DNA of 64,000 bases. It comes from Ahrensia sp. Its GTDB lineage: Bacteria; Pseudomonadota; Alphaproteobacteria; Rhizobiales; Rhizobiaceae. A program made the position numbers and the translations under genes. The stretch is taken from positions 1,044-65,043 of the forward strand of contig JBAUIL010000161.1 in assembly GCA_049682915.1 (NCBI GenBank). Reading direction: 5' to 3'. Each line of letters starts with the position of its first letter. The stretch's first letter is position 1. The notes beneath the pieces are model-generated. The model saw only the letters and a list, made by a program, of their open reading frames with translations. It was not told the origin of the DNA and made no database searches. This document shows positions 58,354-64,000 of the stretch, one piece after another.

Positions 58354-59583
58354 CTACAGGTGCTGCTTGCCGAAAGCCACGAGATCTTCGCCGGAAAGCG
58401 GGCGCGAGTAAAAGTAACCTTGGGCCAGATCGACGCCGAGATTGGAAATAAAGTCGTGGCCCCACTGGTCTTCCACACCTTCTGCGACGACGGTGAGTTG
58501 CATCGACTTGCCAATTTCAACCGCAGCTTCAGCGCAGGTGGCCGCAAAGCGGTCATGCTCGGCACGCATGATAAATCGCTTATCGATCTTCAGCTCGGTG
58601 AATGGAAAATTCGCCAATTGGTCGATGTTAGCATGGCCGGTGCCGAAGTCATCCAGCGCCAATCCAAAGTCTTTGATGCGCAGTCGCGTCAGGTTTTCCA
58701 GCGCAGTGACAATATCGGTGCTCAACTGTGTTTCGGTCAATTCGATGATGAATGAGCGCGGGTCATAGCCTGCACCCACAATGCGTTTTTCCAAATCATC
58801 GGCAAACCCACTTCTAGACGCGCTGAGCGACGAGATGTTGAGCGAGATCGGCAACGACGTATTCAAATCGCGCCGGATTGAACGGAGATCGGTGGTGATC
58901 TTGTCGATAATCGCGATTGTCAACGCACCAACCGAGCCACTGTTTTCGGCCGACACAATCGCCAATTCCGTGTGGTAGGGGCGCCCTTCAGTATCCGTAA
59001 AACGCGCTAAAGCTTCCGCGCCAGCCAGTTTCGACGTCTTGACGTCAATGCGGGGCTGATAGGTCATGTGGTCGAGACGGTAAGGGCGTTCGTCCCCCAT
59101 CAGCCGTCGTGTCTTGGACTGGTTTTCGTGCGCTGTCAGCGCGTTGATCAGCATCATCGGGTGAAATGGTTTGCGATAAGCGCCTACACATTGCAGTCCC
59201 AAAAGGCGACCCAGCCTTTCGGCACCCTTCAAAATTTCTGGCTGCTCGCCAGAGATGACGATGATGCGCCCCTCATAGGAAAGTTCCGCGGCACGGCGCA
59301 GAAAGCCCACACCATCCTCGTTCGGCATCCGCAGGTCCAAAACAATCAGGGTTATCTTGTCGCGGAATTTCAACAAGGCCTCATGGGCCTGCACACCGTC
59401 GCTGGCCACAACAACCCGCTCCGCACCCATGCCCGTCAACGCAAGTTGCATTGTCTCGGTCAGGATCGGATCATCATCGGCAACCAGAATGAACTCACCC
59501 GCCATCGCTTGGTCAGCCGGCAGAGCCGCTTCGGTTTCGTCCGCTCGAATGGGCGCGTTTGTCAGCATCATAGGTTGAACCAT
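58354..59583 (-). CDS. response regulator with EAL domain (c-di-GMP phosphodiesterase, REC-EAL)
   Basis: REC domain: ILVADDDP...LIVLDLRMPNEDG...YRKPF. EAL domain with the full catalytic set: EALARF, LNIS, IIELTET, LDDFGTGHAN, KIDKRFI, VAEGVED, AQGYFYSRP. Confidence 0.9.
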   Translation of the reverse strand: MVQPMMLTNAPIRADETEAALPADQAMAGEFILVADDDPILTETMQLALTGMGAERVVVASDGVQAHEALLKFRDKITLIVLDLRMPNEDGVGFLRRAAELSYEGRIIVISGEQPEILKGAERLGRLLGLQCVGAYRKPFHPMMLINALTAHENQSKTRRLMGDERPYRLDHMTYQPRIDVKTSKLAGAEALARFTDTEGRPYHTELAIVSAENSGSVGALTIAIIDKITTDLRSIRRDLNTSLPISLNISSLSASRSGFADDLEKRIVGAGYDPRSFIIELTETQLSTDIVTALENLTRLRIKDFGLALDDFGTGHANIDQLANFPFTELKIDKRFIMRAEHDRFAATCAEAAVEIGKSMQLTVVAEGVEDQWGHDFISNLGVDLAQGYFYSRPLSGEDLVAFGKQHL

Positions 59584-59592
59584 AATTCATTG

Positions 59593-59614
59593 GCATTTCA
59601 ACCGCGTGAAATGC
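59593..59614. promoter_or_regulatory. perfect palindrome in the divergent EAL/kinase control region
   Basis: GCATTTCA-N6-TGAAATGC, beginning 10 nt upstream of the REC-EAL start codon in an AT-rich spacer. Confidence 0.45.
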
Positions 59615-59701
59615 TTTGTTCAAATGTGATACAACACGACCAATAAACGATTAGTTTCCATTTTCACTTTAATATCGCCCTGGAAATTGATCGGGGATGA
59701 C

Positions 59702-62527
59702 ATGAAAATCGCGCAAACCAGCGAAGCCAACGCCTTGAGCCGCGTGGTATGGCACAAGTCAATCCGCGTGCGGCTTGCGGCTGTCACAGCTGCGCTGGTG
59801 CTTGTTTGCGTCCTGAGCTTCACAGGGTTTGCCGCATGGTCGACCCTGACCAATGATGCCAACACCGCCGGCAAGCAGCTCAAGAATGTTGCCAGTGTCA
59901 TGGCGGTATCGGCGTCAAGCGCAGTGGCGCAGAAAGACAAGGCCACGACCTCGCGGGTGCTCTCTTCGATCGGCTCAATGGATGAAATCGACTTTGCCAT
60001 TGTGCTCGACAACCAGGGCAAGAACTTTGTGCGCGTGGGCTCATCTGTCTTTTTGACGGATGGAGCCAATGCCGTCACCAATGTAGATATCACCGCGGCC
60101 GCGCTGCTGGAGCGCGATACGTTCTGGATTGGCGCGCCGGTTATCTATGGCGGCCAGCAGGTCGGGACGCTGCATCTTTTGGGTGATTTGTCAGAGCTGC
60201 GTGCTGCTTTTTTTAACCGGATTATCAATGCGCTGATTGTGGCGCTCGCCGTCTCGTTGATGACCGGTTTGCTCGTGATGTTGATGATTGGCCGAATGAC
60301 CAAACCAGTCACGTCACTGGCAAATCTAATGGCGGCGCTGTCTGCCGACACAGACTATGGCCGTCGCGCCGACGTTCAAAGTCGTGATGAGGTCGGTGCA
60401 CTCGCCGCGTCGTTTAACACGATGCTCGACAAAATTCAGAGCCGCGATGAAAAACTCAACGACTACCGGCTGCACCTGGAAGACAAGGTTGAGCAACGCA
60501 CCAGCGAATTGCAGAAAGCGACGATTGCCGCTGAAACCGCCAACGTGGCCAAGTCGGAGTTTTTGGCGACAATGAGCCATGAAATCCGCACGCCAATGAA
60601 TGGCATGATGGTGATGGCTGAAATGCTGGCCGCGGCACCGTTATCGTCGCGCCATCAACGCTATGCGCAAATAATTCACCGCTCCGGCAAGGGCTTGTTG
60701 GCCATCATCAACGACATTCTCGATCTGTCGAAAATCGAAGCTGGCTCAATTGAACTGGAAACCGTCGGGTTTTCAATCGACACTTTGCTCACCGATACGG
60801 TCAGCCTGTTTTCAGAGCGGGCACGGGAGAAAAACCTTGATCTTGCCGTAGTCATCGATCCCACTATTGCCAAAACATCGGCTGGCGATCCAACACGTTT
60901 GAACCAGATTGTCTCGAACCTGGTCAATAATGGCTTGAAATTCACCGCTTCAGGTGGCGTCGCCATCCATGTGCTCGACAAGGGCATTACAGGCGACAGG
61001 CAGACCCTGGAATTCCGGGTCACCGATACGGGTATCGGTATTGCGGAGAACAAGTTGGCCACCATCTTCGAAGCCTTTACACAGGCCGAACAGTCCACCA
61101 CCCGCGAGTATGGAGGCACTGGTCTTGGTCTCGCCATCTGTCAAAAACTGACCAAAGCCATGGGCGGTGACTTGCGTGTCGAAAGCACTGTGGGCCGTGG
61201 TTCGAGCTTCATCTTTACGGTTGATCTGGAAATCGTCACACCCGCCGATATCGGCGCGCCACTGGCTGGCCAGAACTATATGATATTGTGTGATAGCCAG
61301 TTTGTCCGCACGCAAATCAGCAGAACAGTTGCTGCCTATGGCGGGACTATTGTCGACCTGACCAGCCTGAGCGGCATATCCAACGCGGGTCAGGTGACGT
61401 GTCTGATTGATGAGGGGCATTCGCCCATGGAGCATGTGCAAAATGTGCTGCATGAAAGCGGTGTGCACATGGTTGAAATGATGCGCGGCATGGCATCCAC
61501 CGGCGGTCGGCTGGACCACAAGCCTGTCGGGCGCGTGCCGCTGGCGATGAGCCGCACCGACTTGCACAATCTTGGCACAGCGGTAGCAACACAAGACTGG
61601 CGATTGCTTGACACGCGGGCTGACGAAGACGCCAGGGCCGAAAAGCTGCCGCGCTTTGACCATGTCAGCGTGTTGGCCGTTGATGACAATGCGGTCAACC
61701 GCGAGGTGATCAACGAGACATTGCTGGCGTTGGGTGTTCAGGCTGACTTCGCTGAAAACGGCCCCGATGCCATCAAGATGCATATGCGCAATGGTTACGA
61801 TGTGATTTTTATGGACTGCTCCATGCCCGGCATGGACGGCTATGAAGCGACCAAAATCATCCGCGAGCGCGAAGCGGACGAGAACCGCGACAACGCGCAC
61901 ATTGCGGCGCTTACCGCCCATATTAGCGGCATGAAGCACGACCAGTTCCGCAAGGCAGGCATGGACGACTACATCACCAAGCCATTTGTGGTGAGCGATA
62001 TTATCGCCGTTTTGAAATCGGTCCAAGGTGAAACCGGCGATAGCGACCGCGTTGTTGATGAAGCTTCGTTTGAAGCCGACACCGACCAGCAGGCAGAGCC
62101 CGCTGCGACCCACAACGATGCGGACAGCAATAATGATGACGTCGACATTCTGTCGCGCCAGACATTGGAGATGTTTGCCATGTTGGGCGCGCAAAATGGC
62201 GGCGCGATGATGGTCAAGATCTTCGGCATGTATGAGGAGCGGGCGCTACCGGCACTCAATGACATCAGGCAAGCGGTCGCTGATAACGTGCCGCGAGATG
62301 CGTTGGTTGACCTTACCCATGCACTCAAATCGATGAGCGCCAGCGCCGGTGCCGAGCAGGCCCGTCAGGTCATGCAACATTTGGAAGACAAAGCCGCCGC
62401 CGACGCAACGCTGCATGAAGACGATCTTACTGCGGCTGAAAACGCCGTGAATGTGGCGCTGTCAGCAATGCGCAAGCGCATCGAGCAACAGGGCGTGGCA
62501 CCCATGGCCCAGGCCAAGAGCGCTTAA
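59702..62527 (+). CDS. unorthodox hybrid sensor kinase: TM-periplasmic-TM-HAMP-DHp-CA-(REC-like)-REC-HPt
   Basis: Two TM helices flank a segment of about 130 aa. The remaining elements are HAMP (MTKPVTSLANLM...FNTMLDKI), H-box FLATMSHEIRTPMNG, HATPase (GTGLGLAICQKL), REC (VLAVDDN...VIFMDCSMPGMDG...TKPF) and a C-terminal HPt (LTHALKSMSASAGA). ATG 59702 is preceded by GGGGA; the track start is TTG 59687. Confidence 0.9.
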   Translation: MKIAQTSEANALSRVVWHKSIRVRLAAVTAALVLVCVLSFTGFAAWSTLTNDANTAGKQLKNVASVMAVSASSAVAQKDKATTSRVLSSIGSMDEIDFAIVLDNQGKNFVRVGSSVFLTDGANAVTNVDITAAALLERDTFWIGAPVIYGGQQVGTLHLLGDLSELRAAFFNRIINALIVALAVSLMTGLLVMLMIGRMTKPVTSLANLMAALSADTDYGRRADVQSRDEVGALAASFNTMLDKIQSRDEKLNDYRLHLEDKVEQRTSELQKATIAAETANVAKSEFLATMSHEIRTPMNGMMVMAEMLAAAPLSSRHQRYAQIIHRSGKGLLAIINDILDLSKIEAGSIELETVGFSIDTLLTDTVSLFSERAREKNLDLAVVIDPTIAKTSAGDPTRLNQIVSNLVNNGLKFTASGGVAIHVLDKGITGDRQTLEFRVTDTGIGIAENKLATIFEAFTQAEQSTTREYGGTGLGLAICQKLTKAMGGDLRVESTVGRGSSFIFTVDLEIVTPADIGAPLAGQNYMILCDSQFVRTQISRTVAAYGGTIVDLTSLSGISNAGQVTCLIDEGHSPMEHVQNVLHESGVHMVEMMRGMASTGGRLDHKPVGRVPLAMSRTDLHNLGTAVATQDWRLLDTRADEDARAEKLPRFDHVSVLAVDDNAVNREVINETLLALGVQADFAENGPDAIKMHMRNGYDVIFMDCSMPGMDGYEATKIIREREADENRDNAHIAALTAHISGMKHDQFRKAGMDDYITKPFVVSDIIAVLKSVQGETGDSDRVVDEASFEADTDQQAEPAATHNDADSNNDDVDILSRQTLEMFAMLGAQNGGAMMVKIFGMYEERALPALNDIRQAVADNVPRDALVDLTHALKSMSASAGAEQARQVMQHLEDKAAADATLHEDDLTAAENAVNVALSAMRKRIEQQGVAPMAQAKSA

Positions 62528-63519
62528 GCGATACCGGCGCGCAGACAATCATGGATGGACAGCAAGCCGACAAGCTTGTCATCATCATCGGCGACCAGAC
62601 ACACCGTGATGCCTTTGTCGGACATGAAGGCTGCCGCATCTGACACCAGCCAGTCGCGGTCAATGCGGATGGGCTTGGGCGTTGCGATATCGCGTGCCTT
62701 GAGGTTCCACAAATCCTTGATGTGCCGGCGCATGTCGCCATCGGTGATGACACCGGCAATAGCGCCGCCCTTGTCGACCAGTACCGCAACGCCGAGCGCT
62801 TTTTCGGAAATCGTCACGACGACTTCGCTCATGTCCGCGTCGGGTGAGACCAGCGGCAAAGCATCGCCGGTTCGCATCAATTGCTCGGTGCGCAACAGGC
62901 GCAAGCCCAACTTGCCGCCCGGATGATATTTGCGGAAATCGTCAGGCGCGGTGCCCAAAAGGACACTGACGCCGATGGCAAGCGCGTCGCCAATGGCGAG
63001 GCTCAGCGTGGTCGAGGTTGTTGGTGCCAAGCCGTTGGGGCAGGCTTCGTCCACCTTGCCATAGGTGATTGCAATCTGGCTGGCGCGCGCCAGCGTGCTG
63101 GTCGGCAGCGCGGTAATCGCGATCACCGGAATTGAGTACAGCGCGCAATATTGCAACAGATCAGACAGTTCGGTGGTTTCACCGGAATTGGACAGCGCCA
63201 GAACAATCGAGCCGGGCTGGATGAGCCCCAGATCGCCATGGCTGGCTTCGGCTGCGTGCACATACATTGCCGGCTTGCCAAGCGACGAAAAAGTGGAGGC
63301 GATCTTTTTGGCAATGTGCCCGGATTTCCCGATGCCAGTGGTGACCAGCGCGCCTTTGGAGCCGTGAATGAGCGAAACGGCGTGCTGACAGGCATCGAGA
63401 TCCGTTTGCGCAAAAGCCTCAATCGCTTGCGCTTCGGTAAGCAAGGCATCGCGCATAACATGCAGTACACTATGCTCGGTATCGTGTGGTTTGGCTGACA
63501 TAGCTGGCTCATGCCCCAA
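62524..63519 (-). CDS. kpsF: KpsF/GutQ-family arabinose-5-phosphate isomerase (SIS + 2 CBS)
   Basis: Contains TGIGKSGHIAKKIASTFSSLG and ALSNSGETTEL, with a C-terminal CBS pair. The start is TTG 63519 or ATG 63501. Confidence 0.9.
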   Translation of the reverse strand: MGHEPAMSAKPHDTEHSVLHVMRDALLTEAQAIEAFAQTDLDACQHAVSLIHGSKGALVTTGIGKSGHIAKKIASTFSSLGKPAMYVHAAEASHGDLGLIQPGSIVLALSNSGETTELSDLLQYCALYSIPVIAITALPTSTLARASQIAITYGKVDEACPNGLAPTTSTTLSLAIGDALAIGVSVLLGTAPDDFRKYHPGGKLGLRLLRTEQLMRTGDALPLVSPDADMSEVVVTISEKALGVAVLVDKGGAIAGVITDGDMRRHIKDLWNLKARDIATPKPIRIDRDWLVSDAAAFMSDKGITVCLVADDDDKLVGLLSIHDCLRAGIA

Positions 63520-63620
63520 AAAGCGGGCGCTGGCAATTCACTATGGGATGCATGGGCACGGTTGTGCATTGCCGGTCGCGCAGATATGCAGGCGGAAGAC
63601 ACTATTTGATGAGGTAATTC

Positions 63621-64000
63621 ATGGGCGAGCCGACCATCCGCACCCACAAGGGCGATTTGAGCGATGAAGCGCTGGCGCTTTACAACGACCGTGTGGCCAT
63701 CGACAGCGAGACGCTGGGCCTGCGCCCGCACCGCGACCGGCTGTGCGTGGTGCAATTGTCGCCCGGTGATGGCTCTGCGGACGTGGTGCAAATTGCCAAA
63801 GGCCAGAAAAAAGCGCCCAATTTGGTCAAGCTCCTCAAGGACAAGACCAAGACCAAGATTTTTCACTTCGGACGTTTCGACATTGCGGTGTTAGAGCACA
63901 CATTCGGCGCGGTGGCGCAGCCGGTGTTTTGCACCAAAATCGCTTCAAAGCTCACCCGCACCTATACGGACCGGCACGGGCTGAAAGACAATTGCCGCGA
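63621..64000 (+). CDS. rnd: ribonuclease D-like 3'-5' exonuclease (short alphaproteobacterial form), 3' end cut by window edge
   Basis: Absent from the ORF track because it runs off the edge. Own translation: MGEPTIRTHKGDLSDEALALYNDRVAIDSETLGLRPHRDRLCVVQLSPGDG...KIFHFGRFDIAVLEHTFG...CTKIASKLTRTYTDRHGLKD. Has the DEDD ExoI motif DSET. GAGG lies 6 nt upstream of the ATG. Confidence 0.85.
   Translation, partial: MGEPTIRTHKGDLSDEALALYNDRVAIDSETLGLRPHRDRLCVVQLSPGDGSADVVQIAKGQKKAPNLVKLLKDKTKTKIFHFGRFDIAVLEHTFGAVAQPVFCTKIASKLTRTYTDRHGLKDNCR

Noticed and set aside
60950-62194. Very long ORFs antisense to real genes. Examples are 60950..62194 (414 aa), 19477..20532 (351 aa), 4660..5661 (333 aa), 25879..26829 (316 aa), 49466..50401 (311 aa), 24043..24930 (295 aa), 11785..12645, 55967..56818 and 41106..41891.
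   Set aside because: Each lies fully opposite a gene with unambiguous family motifs. Their products are Arg/Gly/His/Ala-rich low-complexity strings with no recognisable motifs, as expected for shadow frames in GC-rich DNA. None has a visible SD sequence.
63553-63568. A GG-N10-GC arrangement (TGGGCA-CGGTT-GTGCA) upstream of rnd, flanked by an ATGCA/TGCAT inverted repeat.
   Set aside because: Only the invariant dinucleotides match. Three of six positions in the -24 element are mismatched. RNase D is not an expected sigma-54 target.

Overview
This is a gene-dense chromosomal segment with about 60 CDS, one tRNA and no rRNA. It comes from a moderately GC-rich alphaproteobacterium whose gene order looks like Rhizobiales/Hyphomicrobiales. 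Conserved housekeeping blocks: lnt-corC-ybeY-phoH-miaB-(plsC/olsA-like)-rimI-tsaB; ptsN-hpf-rpoN-lptB-lptA-lptC; sppA-ihfB-lapA; two RNA methyltransferases followed by lspA; olsB-mutS-glnD-murJ-trpS-usp-nfu; regB-regA-hrpB; and kpsF/rnd. Three blocks look accessory. (1) 7.6-22.6 kb holds an orphan TRAP DctQM pair and a roughly 10.7 kb alpha/beta-galactoside plus De Ley-Doudoroff galactose operon, with a divergent IclR regulator and an ABC ATPase. (2) 51.9-55.5 kb holds a YnjBCD/ThiBPQ-type ABC importer of unknown substrate. (3) 55.7-62.5 kb, next to tRNA-Leu(CAG), holds ribokinase, nucleoside hydrolase, hsp20 and a divergent REC-EAL / unorthodox hybrid kinase pair. Two genes missing from the ORF track because they run off the window edges were recovered by hand: lnt at the 5' edge and RNase D at the 3' edge. 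Several track ORFs were trimmed to shorter starts. I saw no CRISPR array, IS/transposase, integrase, phage genes, toxin-antitoxin pair or recognisable defence genes, and no coding gap longer than about 220 bp. I did not find a convincingly novel multi-gene system. The best candidates for follow-up are the binding-protein-less TRAP pair attached to the glycosidase operon, the sensor-less DHp-CA-pseudoREC-REC kinase next to olsB, and the RocS/RocR-like kinase/EAL module with its palindromic control region. All family calls rest on motif recognition by eye, not on database searches.
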